Assembly: GCF_964194155.1 (NCBI RefSeq)
Contig: NC_135893.1
Span: 20,088,001-20,152,000 of the forward strand
DNA: 64,000 nucleotides
Direction of reading: 5' to 3'
Source: Cetorhinus maximus
Lineage: Eukaryota
The position numbers and the translations under genes were made by a program. Below the pieces are notes generated by a model. The model had not been told where the DNA came from. It was given only the letters and a program-made list of their open reading frames with translations, and ran no database searches. Shown in pieces: positions 24,201 through 36,030 of this stretch. How positions within the stretch are numbered: the stretch's first letter is position 1; every line of letters starts with the position of its first letter.

Positions 24201-27200
24201 AAAACACCCACACTGGCTTTACTGAATTAATTATATATATTATTTTAAAATCACAACTTCACTGAACTACAGCAAAGCCCTTGATAACTGGCAGTACAAC
24301 ATATTACAGGTCAGTGAAAGGTCACGCGAGGTTCAGCAAGTGAAGTGCGAGGTGACCCATAAATCAGGAAGGTTCCAGTTTTCTTTTTTATTCGTGGTAC
24401 GTGGGTGTCACTTGAGCATTTATTGCTCATCCCTGTTTGCCCTGAGAAAATGGTGTGGACTGCCTTCTTCTAGAACTCCTGAATGGTTTTTGATGCCACT
24501 TAGCGCTAGTCCCCAATCTGAATTGATAACTGATCTCAGAAGAGGAGCACGTACAACTGTGCTGGGTGAAGGAGTTAAATTGAACAAAAAAAATCGGTCC
24601 CTATGCCTGATGACTATCCAGAGGCTGCTGTTGAAAGTGCACATCTGAACATCGCACGTTGCCCCTTACTTTCGTGAACCCTGTCAACTGTCACTTTCTA
24701 GACTCACATGAAAACGGTAACTTGGGTGGTCAGCAGTGAATGGTGTTACAGCAAAGTTCAGTGCTTTCATAAATGTGGGGGTGTGGGAGAACATAACTGA
24801 AACACATGGAACTGGAAGCTGCAGCTACACCTGGGAAAGCATTATGCCAATGTTGAGTTGGAGGTACTCACCATTACAAGAGCATCAACAGAATCTCTCT
24901 GGGCAATGGCCCAAACCCCAATGGCCAGTATAGCGTAATTACTCCAGATGTAGGGTTGCGGGAGCCAGGAACACAGACAGCCCCTGTCAAACAGAAAACC
25001 ATTATCAATTGCTCTGCTCAGGAACTTGGTCACAGCTTTTTTAAAAACACAAAACAATCCCAATTATCTGAATAGGCACAGCTGTACAAATTAGGTAATT
25101 TTAAGTAATTAAGGGGATTAGCCATAGTCCACGAGAGACCATAGGTATCTCTCTCTGTGTGAGAGATGTCCCGAGTGGTTTTATATCTTGAGGGGCACCA
25201 CTCTGCATCAAGCATGGGGCAAGGACTTCTGGTCACCTTGATTTAAGAAGGATATGCTTGTATTGGAAGCAGTTCAGCAAAGATTCACTAGGCTGATTCC
25301 TGGGATGAGGGGTTTGTTTTATGAGGAAAGATTGAGCAGATGGGGCCTATACTCATTGGAGAATGAAAGGTGATCGCATTGAAACATATAACATTCTGAA
25401 TGGGCTTGACATGGTAAATGCCTGAGAGGAGGTTTCCCCTTGTGGGGAATCAAGAATGAGGGAGCACAGTTTCAAAATAAGGGGTCTCCCATTTAAGATA
25501 GAGATGGAAAAGAATTTCCTCTCAGAGGGTCGTTAGTATTTGGAATTCTCTTCCCCAGAGAGCAGTGGAGGCTGTGTCATTGAAAATATTCAAGGCTGAG
25601 ACAGATTTTTGATCTGCAGAAAGTCAAGGGTTGTGGGGGACAGGCAGTAAAGTGGAGTGAGGCCACAATCAGATCAGCCATGATCTTATTGAATGACGGT
25701 GCAGGTTCAAGAGGCTGAATGGCCTACTCATGCTCCTATTTGCTACGTTTCTATGCAAGGCTCCATGAACTACCATAGCACAGCGATTGAAACCACATCC
25801 TTTGCATCATTTTGCAGAGTTTTTTCAAAGTTAAATATTTAGATTCTTTATATTGCTCAAGCAATGTAACATTTTCTCTTTCCACTTCCCCTTTAGTCTC
25901 CAGCTCTGGGTAAAGTTTTGTTCCCAGAAATCTTCGAAGCTCTCTGTTTCACTGGGATAAGAACTTATTTGGTTTATTCAAAATCCCAAAAGGAATTTCC
26001 AACTCTACAATAAAAATACCTCTTCCCCTCCCTCCAAAATCACTCAGCACTATTTTGTGGCTTAGTGTAAGTGACACATTCCCAGCTAACTGCTGCAGAG
26101 AGAGATACGTGCAATACCAGCTTAGAATGACTCAACTGCTTCCCTCCTGAGGAGGCAATGGGTCTTTAAGCAGCAGTGAGGCAACATTACTATATCTCAG
26201 CTGACTTTCACCCCGATGCAAACCCCTCCACATTTAAATGAGGAGGAGGAGCAGTCTCTCTGGAAAAGGAACTGTCTCATCAACTTCACCTTCTTAATTC
26301 TGGCAACAGCAACCACTAATTAAGAGTTTCGACGCTGAACCCAAGGCCTTCCCAACACCCTGTTCATTACTCACTCGTCAATGAGCAGCTCATACTTAGA
26401 CCTCCACATTCCAGCCAGCACGTTCTATATCTCATGATACCAATTGAATTCATCAGTTATTATACACACTAGGGATGCAAATAATTCACCAGAGAATCTC
26501 TTCCTTGTTTTTATATAAAATTCAAACCCAAGTTCTATAAATTTTACAACGAATTTTACAATCTCAAGGTTGACTTTAACATCTCCCTCATGCAGTTCCC
26601 ACAATTCACCCTTGACTGAAGGTTAGGGGTACCCAAGACAGGCCCCCATACAACTGCCTTACCCTGGCCAGTTGATCAAAGATGCATTTGCTTTACAGCC
26701 AGCATATGCTGTCCTAACGATGCTAATTAAGTCAGCAACAATTCTATATGGTGCCAAGAAAGACTTTTTGCTTGCATACTTTATTCTTATAACCCAACCC
26801 AGCCAACAGCAACCAATTAATTACCACCAGTCCCTGGAATAAATCAATCAAATCTTTATTACTCAGGTCACATCAATCTGCATTTGAGACCAGATGTTGT
26901 TTCAACATAACCCCAACTTCTTCCTTTTCCAAATCACCTAGCACAAACCCAGGATTGACCTACCGCCACTGCACAGCCTACACTCAGGTAATAATCTGGT
27001 TTCCAGATGGCTATGTTGGCTGCTGAGTTTCCTATCAAGGTCAAGAACCTGTCAAGGCCTGTATCACAGAGACCTCATTTAAGCAAATCAATGCAGATTC
27101 CTACCCGACAGCAGCCAGAACAAGAGCCCAACCAGCAGGGAGGGCAGTGAGACTTAATCTGTGGTAAGGATTAAAAGTTGTGGCATCAATGACATCAACA

Positions 27201-30200
27201 GGCTGTGACTTTTACAAGTTTGTTAGGTCCTGCCTGCTTTTAGCAGGAACCTTGTCCAGCATCTTAATCACGACCAGAAATATTACAGCACTGGGAATGA
27301 GGTTGGTTTGCTCAATCCTTATATTTTATTCCCTACCATATCCCTCAACTCTTTCCCACCTGTGATGAGGAAATAAAAATCAAGGCAAGGATGTATAAAC
27401 AATTATAATTTCTGCTTTACGCAAGATTATTTTATTTTTGAAATGCAAACTCAATTTTATGAACATATGAATTAGGAGCAGGAGTAGGCCACTCTGCCCC
27501 TCAAGCTTTCTCCGTCATTCAATGAGATCATGGCTGATCTGACTGTAAACTCAACTCCATATTCCCACCTATTCCCAGTAACCTTTCACCCCTTTGCTCA
27601 TCAACAATCTATCTACCTCCTCCTTAAAAATAAAAAATATTCCACTTTTGGGGAAGAGAATTCCAAAGACTCACGAGCCTCAGAAAAAATTTCTCCTCAA
27701 GTGTGTCTTAGTTGGGCAACCCCTTATTTTTAAACAGTGACCCCTAGTTCTAGATTCTCCCACAACAGGAAACATTCCTTCTATATCCACCTTGTCGAGA
27801 CCCCTCAGTGTCTTATATGTTTCAATCAAGTCACCTCTTACTTTTCTAAACTCCAGGGGATACAAGCCTCTTTCCTCATAAGACAACCCAGCCATTCCAG
27901 CTATTAGTCTAGTAAATCTTCTCTGAACTGCTTCCAACGCATTTACATCCTTCCTTAAATAAGGAGACCAATACCATTCACAGTACTCCAGATGTGGTCA
28001 CACCAATGCCCTAACTGAAGCATAACCTCCTACTTTTGTACTCAATTCCCCCCGCATAAACAATAACATTCTATTAGCTTTCCTAATTACTTGCTGTAGC
28101 TTCATACTAACCTTTTGCAATTCATGCACTAAGAAACCCAGATCCATTTGCATCTCAGAGCTTTGCAATCTCTCACCATTTAGATAAATTGTTTCTTTAT
28201 ATTCTTCCTGCCAAAATGGACAATTTCACATTTTCCCACATTATACTCCATCTGCCAGAACTTTGCCTACTCACATAACCTATCAATATCCTTTTGTAGC
28301 CTCGTGTCCTCTTCACATCTTACTATCCACCTATCTTTGTGTCATCAGCAAATTTAGCAACCATTCCTTTGGTCCCTTCATCCAAGTCACTTATATAAGT
28401 TGTAAAAAGTTGAGGCTCCAGCATTGATCCCTGTGGCTCACCACTTATTACATCTTACCAACCAGAAAATGACCCATTATATGCCTACTGTTTCCTGTTA
28501 GCTAGTCAATCTTCTATCCATGCCAATCTCTTATCCCCTACACCATGAGCTTTTATTTTTCGCAATAACCTTTGATGTGGTACTTTATCAAATGCTTTCT
28601 GGAAATTCAAGTACAGTACATCCACCAGCTCCCCTTTATCCACAGTTTATGTTACTTCTTCAAAGAACTCCAATAAATTGCTTAAACATGATCTCCCTTT
28701 TACAAAACCATGTTAAGTCTGTCTGATTACCTTGAATTTATCTAAGTGCCCTGCTATAACATTTTTAATAATAGTTTCTAACATTTTCCCTATGACAGAT
28801 GTTAAGCTAACTTGCCTGTAGTTTCCTGCTTTCTGTCTCCCTCCCTTTTTGAATAAAGGAGTTACATTTGCTATTTTCCAATCAAATGGAACCTTCCCTG
28901 AATCTAGGGAATTTTGGAAAATTAAAACCAACACATCAACTATCTCACTAGCCACTTCTTTTAAGACCCTAGGATGAAGTGCATCAGGACCTGGGAACTT
29001 GTCAGCCCACAGCTCCAACAATTTGCTCAGTACCACTTCCCTGGTGATTGTAATTCTCCCGAGTTCCTTCCTCCCTCCAAGTTCCTGATTTACAGCTATT
29101 TCTGGGATGTTACTTATATCCTTGATAGTGAAGACCGATGCAAGATACCTGTTCAATTCATCTGCCATCTCCTTATTTTCCATTATAATTCCCCAGACTC
29201 ATTTTCTAGAGGACCAACACTCTAGAAGCTTGAGACCCTCCAGGACAAAGCAGCCTGCTTGATTGGCACCACATCCACAAACATTCAATTCCTCCACCAG
29301 TATCGCACAGCAGTGTGTACCATCTTCTAAATGCACTGCAAGAAGTCACCATGATTCCTTAGACAGCACCTTCCAGACCCATGACCACTACCACCTAGAA
29401 GGACGAGGGCAGCAGATAGATAGGAACACCTCCAACTGGAAGTTCCCCTCCAAGCCATTCGCCATCCTGACTTGGAAATATATTGCCATTCCTTCACTGT
29501 CGCTGGGTCAAAATCCTGGAACTCCCTCCCTAAAGCACTGTGGGTGTACCTAAACCACATGAACTGCAGCAGTTCAAGAAGGCAGCTCACCACTACCTTC
29601 TCAAAGGCGTCTAGGGATGGGCAATAAATGCTGGCCCAGCACATCCCATGAATGAATAAAAATAAACTTTGTTAACTCTTTTTTAAATATCCATAGAAAC
29701 TCTTACTATCCGTTTTTATATTTCTAGCTAGCTTACTCTCATTCTCTAATTTTACTCTCCTTACTAATCTTCAAACTCAATTTTAAACCCCTCTTGGCTA
29801 CAAACTTGCTGAAGTTTGTTAACTTCAGCAAATGTGCCTCTTCAAACAAGGAGACAGGGACAAGCTGGAACATTATAGATCAGTTACCTGGAAATCAGTT
29901 CTTTGTGAACACTAAGATCTGTAATATGGAATGACATTACTGCAATTTGGAAAAAAAGACGAGTTAATCAGGGCCAGTCAAAGCACAGTACCAAGAGATG
30001 GTTCATGGTTGGCCAGACTTTGAATTTTTTGAAGAAATAAGAGGATAAATAAAGGTAATGCAGTGGATAGCAATCTTCAAAACTATTTAATTATATACCA
30101 AGAAGGGGATAAGGCAAAGATAATAGGAGATAAATGAAGGAGAAAGTGGAAGAAAAGTAAAGGACAGAGGTAAAAAGAAGTTTCTCAAACTGAGAAGAAA

Positions 30201-32955
30201 TGGAGAGCAGTGTTTCCTTGGGATCTAGATTTAGGCTGCCCTTATTTACTGTATACCTAAAAATATGAACTTAGGACTTGGGGGGACATATCTGAAATTT
30301 GCTGATTACACCCAAGTAGAATAAGGGAGTTGGAGAAGAGGTTGCGAATTGTAAAAGACTAGAACTGTATATAGATCAACAGTTAGGCAGCAGATAGATA
30401 AATCTAAATAAGAACACAGAAAGGAAATATGCCTCAAATGGTAAGGTCTTATATGGAGTAAGATGGATCTTGGTGTGTAGATCCAAAGGTAATCAAGAAA
30501 AGTGGCAGCGCAGGTAGAAAGGCGAGGAGAACACTGGGTTTGTGTCCAGAGGCATAATATTCAAAAGCAGGAGGAAACATTGAGCTTGTGCAAGACCTTA
30601 GTTAAGGTGCGTCTGGAGTATTGTGTACAACTTCGGGAAACTTATTATAGAAAACATATAAAAACAATGGGCAAGGTGTAAAGTAGAATCAGTAGGGATT
30701 GTGACAGGGCAAATAAGCAGGATTGCTTCCATAAGGATGACAGCAAGGGGACATAAAATTAATACAGGGTATTATAATTTAATATAATTAAAGGCAAGAA
30801 TAGAAAATGTATTTGCACAGAGGGTGGTTAGAATGTGGAATTCTCTGCCAATAACCAATTTTGAAACAGAATCCATAAATGCTTTTAAAAAGGGAATTAA
30901 TAAGTTCCTGGAAAATAAGGACTATTAAAAAAGTGTTCGAGTGCAGGCAGGAGCTGGGGTAAACTATGATGTGCCAGATGGGCTATTTCTGGGCTGTAAC
31001 ATTCTATTTATTTTCTGCTTTCTCCCCCTGTGGAAACTCTCATACAAACTGTTCTCTGCTTCAAGCAGTCTGTCCCAACATCACAGGAACTCGTGAAATT
31101 TCAATTGCATTACAAAATAGAAAACTAGGCTGAGGCAGCTAAACAGGCTTGAATTTTGCTTGCACACTCTCCTTTCATACCCTCAGCTTTCTATACACAA
31201 GCTTCCTCCTGTTGTGACAGTAACACAAGATGTTTATCTGACTAAACTGAAGCTCCAAATGGTTCAGATCCAGCAGCGAACAGCTCTATTCATTCTGGAG
31301 CATTCCAGAATTATCTGGTTCATATTTAACTTATTCTGTTCAAAATTCACAATTTTGAAGCACTTATGAACTCTAATTTTGTTTCCAATTAAACAATGCA
31401 TCACTGGTCAAACAAACCAGACAGGACATACAGTCTCAGCCAGCTTCTGCAAATCAATAGCTATGGGTACTGGGGCAGTAAATCAACCACTTGTCACGAT
31501 TCAGATCCATTTATAAACAATCGCATTCATGTTTAGTACAGCAAGTGCAGCTAATGTTGTTAGGTGGCCTGGCTAAAGGAAGTTAAGAGGGCAGAAGAGG
31601 TTAAAAGGAAAACTTGTATCTTATAAATAGGATCAGATTCCCACATGAGAGTGGCTTCAAGTCTGCACTTATGCTACTGAGTTCTGGGTACAAAGTGATT
31701 AAATTACCTAAAATACTAGGTATCGGAAACAAATTGGTATTTAAATTCCCATGAACAATGAAACTGGCTTCTCTCATAAAAACATTGCCTCAATATAGTA
31801 GTCACCCAACCTGACCTTCCTCATTATCAAACTTCCACCTCTATGGCATTGCCCATACCTACTCCTGCCTCAGCCTATCTGTTGCTGAAACCCTCATGAC
31901 TGTCACCTCCAGACTTGACCATCCAATCCTCTCCTGCCAGCCTGCCCTCCTTCATAAGCTTCAATTCATCCAAAGCTCCTATACTCGTATCACTCCTGCC
32001 CTCATGAACCTACATTAGATCCCAATCCCCCAATAAAAATTCTCATTCTTGTGTTTATCTTTCCCTAATGGCCTCACCACTTCCCAGCTCTCTGATTTCC
32101 TTCCCTCCTTACAATTTACTCCCTCCCAAGCTCTTCATTTTGTCAGTACCAGGCTTTTATGCATTCCCCCTCACCCCACCACTGACAGCTGTGTCTTTGG
32201 TCCTCATGCTATGGAAATCTTTGCCTCTCCTTCTCCAAGACTTTCCCTGAAACCCACCTCTGACCACTCCTTTAGACACACCACCCAACCTCCCCCCCCA
32301 TTCATATCCTTTCCTTTCTCTCAGCATTATTTTACTTCCAAATACACCTGTGACACACTATGCGATATTTTCCTACATTAAAAAGGGCTGTAAAAATGCA
32401 ACTAACGGTTGACGTTACCACTTATTTCCACCAGTTGGACAGAAAAAATAAATCCAATGAACAGACGTTTGCTAGGTAATCCATCACTCACCAGGTTGTC
32501 AGGAGCCAGTGCACGATGATGATCATCTGTGGGAACATGAACTCAGGTCATTCCTCAAGAACTAAAACAAACTCTACAATTCTAGAGACATAGGCGGGAC
32601 TGGAGTATGTCAATCTACCACAACACCATCCCCAGGAAATTATAGAGCATCAGAGATTGCAGCCTAGAACTCACTCGGGGTATCTATTAATTCACTTATA
32701 ACCGCAACCGTCTATCAGAGAAGGGGCGGGTGCACACACAGAGCAGGGGAACGTGGGGGAGACAGAAATGATGTCTAACCCGGCCCGTGTTGAGTTCTTT
32801 AAAGTCCTGCTTTTCCTGGTTTCGGACTTTCCCTGCCAGCCCTTCCAGATCCCAATCGACAACCCTCCATTTGAGCAGGTAACCTGAATTGTCGAACCAG
32901 TCCCGAGGTCCTGATCCGCAGACTTTACCTTCAGGCTGACCACCGGCAGCTCCAT
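18099..32955 (-). CDS. AGTRAP: Type-1 angiotensin II receptor-associated protein, spliced CDS join(32955-32929,32526-32492,24983-24872,23402-23186,18217-18099), 169 aa
   Basis: MELPVVSLK/MIIIVHWLLTTW/GCLCSWLPQPYIWSNYAILAIGVWAIAQRDSVDALVM/YLVGMVITILTDIIHIAISY...RFSVGMAILSLILKPVSCLFVYQMYKERGG.../GFPGLTGGRDRTSYQTID...AAY* matches recalled AGTRAP; canonical splice sites, consistent phases, 510 nt total. Confidence 0.96.
18720..20410 (-). mobile_element. Degenerate L2-type LINE in AGTRAP intron 4
   Basis: Purine-rich plus strand; YRPVS-like peptide LNLSNPVSFPAP on minus; 3' tail related to the L2 fragments at 31.8 and 39.5 kb. Confidence 0.6.
20931..21007 (-). CDS. AGTRAP: Candidate alternative terminal coding exon of AGTRAP (DLDSSIDSRFTCDSVESSAHYGRSY*)
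   Basis: Long (TC)n polypyrimidine tract then ccatcccag|; the phase-1 frame stays open for 25 codons to TGA; locally CpG-retaining. Confidence 0.45.
21936..23173 (+). mobile_element. Solo LTR (about 1.24 kb), antisense to AGTRAP
   Basis: Starts TGTTGC and ends GGGATCGTAAC(T), a short terminal inverted repeat; AATAAA at 23011-23016 about 160 bp from the 3' end; no internal retroviral ORF. Confidence 0.65.
23186..23402 (-). CDS. AGTRAP: AGTRAP exon 4
   Basis: ttcttttag|YLVGMVITILTDIIHIAISY...GMAILSLILKPVSCLFVYQMYKERGGDYNLNF G|gtaaga. Confidence 0.96.
24872..24983 (-). CDS. AGTRAP: AGTRAP exon 3
   Basis: tgtttgacag|G GGC TGT...GVWAIAQRDSVDALVM|gtgagt. Confidence 0.95.
25235..25755 (+). mobile_element. 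CR1 LINE 3' end
   Basis: ttggaagcagttcagcaaagattcactaggctgattcctggg...tggaattctcttccccagagagcagtggagg...gaatggcctactcatgctcctatt. Confidence 0.85.
27460..29770 (-). mobile_element. 5'-truncated CR1 LINE (RT domain) with nested insertion
   Basis: ORF pieces PGPDALHPRVLKE...WKIANVTPLFKKGGRQKAGNYRQVSLTS and EAVQRRFTRLIAGM; intact 3' tail at 27460. Confidence 0.93.
29223..29665 (+). mobile_element. 3' end of a different LINE family nested in the CR1 (other copies near 24385-24480, 36115-36275, 36651-36862, 52700-53435, all minus)
   Basis: Ends gggatgggcaataaatgctggcc..catcccatgaatgaataaaaataa; the CR1 resumes exactly (ggaccaacactc|actttgttaact) as judged from the 62.0-kb copy. Confidence 0.8.
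29835..31010 (+). mobile_element. Highly degenerate old CR1 LINE
   Basis: Remnants of YRPVSL (aacattatagatcagttacc), KFADDT (aaatttgctgattacaccc), LEYCVQ (ctggagtattgtgtacaa) and WNSLP (tggaattctctgcca). Confidence 0.75.
31810..32400 (+). mobile_element. L2-type LINE 3' fragment (similar copies 39490-40285 and 45085-45500)
   Basis: gctgaaaccctcat..gtcacctccagacttgac..tccaa ([13 protein letters not shown]-like) and ..tgtaaaaatgca tail. Confidence 0.65.
32492..32526 (-). CDS. AGTRAP: AGTRAP exon 2 (35 bp)
   Basis: ttcccacag|ATG ATC ATC ATC GTG CAC TGG CTC CTG ACA ACC TG|gtgagt. Confidence 0.94.
32929..32955 (-). CDS. AGTRAP: AGTRAP exon 1 coding part (MELPVVSLK)
   Basis: GCG ATG GAG CTG CCG GTG GTC AGC CTG AAG|gtaaag within a CpG-rich region. 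Confidence 0.93.
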
Positions 32956-32959
32956 CGCC

Positions 32960-33230
32960 AAACCCTCACTTGTCGACAAAACTTCAAACCCACCCACGTG
33001 ACCCCCGCGTCATGTGACCCAGAGCCACGTGCCCCCCAGCTGACGAAGCCCCTCCCCAAGGTCCATGTTACCGCCGGCCCCTTCAGCCAGTACTCACCCA
33101 CCCAACCGGTCCAATCTCCAGCCCCGCCCCTCGGATCTAACGTGGGAGAAAGGAGAAATGCCCTGGGACATAATGCAGAAACGGCACTGCAGGCTTGCAC
33201 GGGTTAATTCTCGCTAACACACGCGGGACG
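32960..33230 (-). promoter_or_regulatory. AGTRAP CpG-rich promoter with three clustered E-boxes, CCAAT and GC box
   Basis: CACGTG 32995-33000, GTCATGTGAC 33009-33018, CACGTG 33026-33031, CCAAT 33111-33115, CCCCGCCC 33122-33129; no TATA. Confidence 0.7.
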
Positions 33231-34282
33231 CAAAGAATCCAAGGACGAACAGAGAGATTCCGTCATCAACTTTTGTGGCATTTTGCTTCACAAATGAAGC
33301 AGATGGCAAATCCGATCGCCGCAGAGCTGACCATTGACCCAGGGTAGGGTAGCATGTTTGGGATGGGTGAGGGATCAGCTGCTCAGCGCCATGAGATCAG
33401 TTTAATATTAATCACACACATGGCCCGTAGTCAGTAACCGCTGCCCAGCTAACCTTGTATTTTTTTTCGTGTCCCTGTGTCGCCAGCACATTTTGCGTTA
33501 GCTCAAAAAAAACTTTAAATTGAGATTCATCTATGCAGGGAAAATAAAACTTCTATGTCAGTACTTTTTTAAAAAAAAGCACCTCGGGTTTAGCACTGGT
33601 ATTGAGGTGGGGCTCTGCCACTTGTCCACATGGGGTTGTTCCCCAATTGGGCGGTCTGACCAGCTGTGCAGGACCACCTCTCTCGACCAACAGCCATCAC
33701 TCTGAAAATTTATTAAAGTTAATATTGAAATATTTGTGGTGGGTTTGCACATCAATCAAATGCAAAGTGGCACACCACGGCCGCCAACAGTAATTATAAA
33801 ATTCCAACTCCTTACATGTCAATAAGTTACCGTGATAGATTTTAGTAGGGGTACACTGCACCATTTAAAATAAACGAAGTGCCAGGTTGTGAATTATCAT
33901 CCCAGACACCAGATGAGGTGGGGTTGATGGATGTCGGGGAGTGGGTGGTTTTGCTCTCAGTATTCCTGGATGAGGGAAGGGGAAGTTCCTGCTCCTGAGC
34001 TTTATCCAGTGACTTTTGCTAGAAAATGTTCCATGTTGATTAAGGGCAGGTCAGTCTCCGTTCCCATTAACTAAAATATTTGATATTCTGTCAATATTTG
34101 CTGTCTGGAATCACACATGAAGAAGGGGCCACAAAATTTCACAGAGTGGCCAGCAACCATGGAACTGAATCCAGTGAGAATCAGCACTTTCAGGAGAGAG
34201 GACCTGTACACCAATGAGAGTCAGTGTCCTGGGCCGAGAAAAAAGAAAATTCTAACAATGAAAAACAAAACCAAAACTTTCA

Positions 34283-35410
34283 AGGCTGTGGTGTGTCAGC
34301 TGTGTCTCAATGGTCGCTCTCATCTAGAGTCAGAAAGTCACTGATTCAGTCTCGCTCCACAGACTTTAACACATAATATAGGTTGATACTTTGGCATAGT
34401 ACTGAGAGAATGCTGCATTGTTGGAGGTGCTATTTTTTTAGATGCAACGTTAAACTGAGGCCCTGTCTCCTCCCTCAGGTGGACGCAAAAGATCCCAAGG
34501 AACTAACGGAATAAAAAGCAGTGCAGGTTTCCCTAATGTCTTGGTTATTATTCATCCCTTAACCAACATCATTAACAGATTTCCTGTTCTTTATCTCATT
34601 TATCCCTTTTGGTAAGAAAAATAGCAAAACAATACTTTTCAATTAGTGAGAGACAGGGTAATGTTGATATTTGGAGGGACCTTCACCACAAAGTTAATAT
34701 GCAGGTAGTTAGGCAAGTAAATGGTATGTTAGCCTTTATTGCAGAGGGATGGAGTGTAGGAGTAAATAACTCTTATTACAGTTATATATGGCCTTGGGTA
34801 ATCACAGCTGGAGTATTGTGTAATTTTTTTTATGTCCTTACTTAAGGAATGATATACTTGCCTTAGAGGGAGTGCAGCAAAGATTGAAGAGACTGATCCT
34901 GGGATTAGGAGTTTAGGCCTATATTCCTTAGAGTTTAAAAGTATGATCTCATTGAAACATAAAATTCTTAAGGGACTTGACAGGCTACATGCTGACAGGA
35001 GATTTTCCTCGGCTGCGGTATCTAGAACGAGTGATGACTGTCAGAATAAGGGATCAGTAATTTAGGATGAATGAGGAGAAACTTCATCACTCAAAAGGTT
35101 GTGAATCTTTGAAATTCACTAGCACAGTGAGCAGTATATTTCAGAGATTTTTGGATACTAAGGAAAACAAGAAATATGGGGATATTGCAGGAAGGTGGCA
35201 TTGAGGTAGAAGATCAACAATGATCTCAAATGATGAAGCAGAATCAAAAAGTTGAATGTCCTACTCCTTTTCTTATATGTTTAACTTCTTATGTTCAATG
35301 AAAATTGCTGTTGAATTTTCAGCATAACAGTACTACACTGACTAGTTAGTGCTTTGCAATACTCTGGGATCAAGAAAAACACTATTGAAACACACGTTCT
35401 TCTGTTTGTG
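34283..35410 (+). mobile_element. Deu SINE split by a CR1 fragment (about 34610-35295)
   Basis: tRNA-like head 34290-34365, Deu core to 34600, CR1 (ctggagtattgtg, gtgaatctttgaaattc), SINE tail resumes near 35297. Confidence 0.7.
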
Positions 35411-35589
35411 TGCATCCTATACAATGCTTTCTAAAACTTGAAGATGTTATGCCCTTTCTTAACAGAAATAAATAATACAATAATACAAAATTTGGTAAGA
35501 CGCAGATTCAGCAAGCTCACTATAATTGAAGTTGTTTGCGTAAATATAAGTGATTTTGTATAATCATTGTGTGTCACAGAAAAAAAATG

Positions 35590-36030
35590 GATTGATTCAG
35601 TACTTTTCATGACCTCAGAAAATCTGAAAGCACTTTACAGCCAATTGAGAACTTTTGACTTGTAGTCACTATTGTTGAAATAGGAGTGGCCAATCTGTAC
35701 ACAGCAAGGAACACAAACAGCAATGGAACATTGACCAGATAATGTGTTTTTTTTAAAAGAAAAACAGTGTTGGTTGAGGACTAACTATTGGCCCAGACAC
35801 CAGTGACACCTCTCCTACACAGTCTCAAAATAGCGTCATGCAATCTCTTCCATCCAACCAGCCTGGTTTAATATCTGATCCAGGAAAAAGTACCTCCAAC
35901 AGTCCACTACTTCCTCAACACTGTATTAGAGTGTCAGCTTAGATTATGTGCTCAAGTCCCTGGAGTGAAATGTGAATACATAACCCCCTGACTCAGAGAT
36001 GAGAGCACTACCCCCTGAGCCAAGGCTGAT
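35590..36030 (-). mobile_element. Deu-domain SINE, near full length
   Basis: aagcactttacagccaattgagaacttttgacttgtagtcac...gactcagagatgagagcactaccccctgagccaaggctga. Confidence 0.75.

Noticed and set aside
26365-26472. Strong minus-strand donor (GA|gtgagt) with an upstream AG in AGTRAP intron 2
   Set aside because: No AGTRAP-like peptide, and the canonical exon 2-3 join already gives a complete protein; cryptic at best
29806-29831. Perfect 11-bp stem hairpin ttgctgaagtt-tgtt-aacttcagcaa
   Set aside because: Isolated, at a junction of two CR1 fragments, too short for a pre-miRNA; bacterial-type terminators are irrelevant here
34290-34365. tRNA-like A/B-box sequences (also near 42000 and 51465)
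   Set aside because: Degenerate SINE heads without a complete cloverleaf
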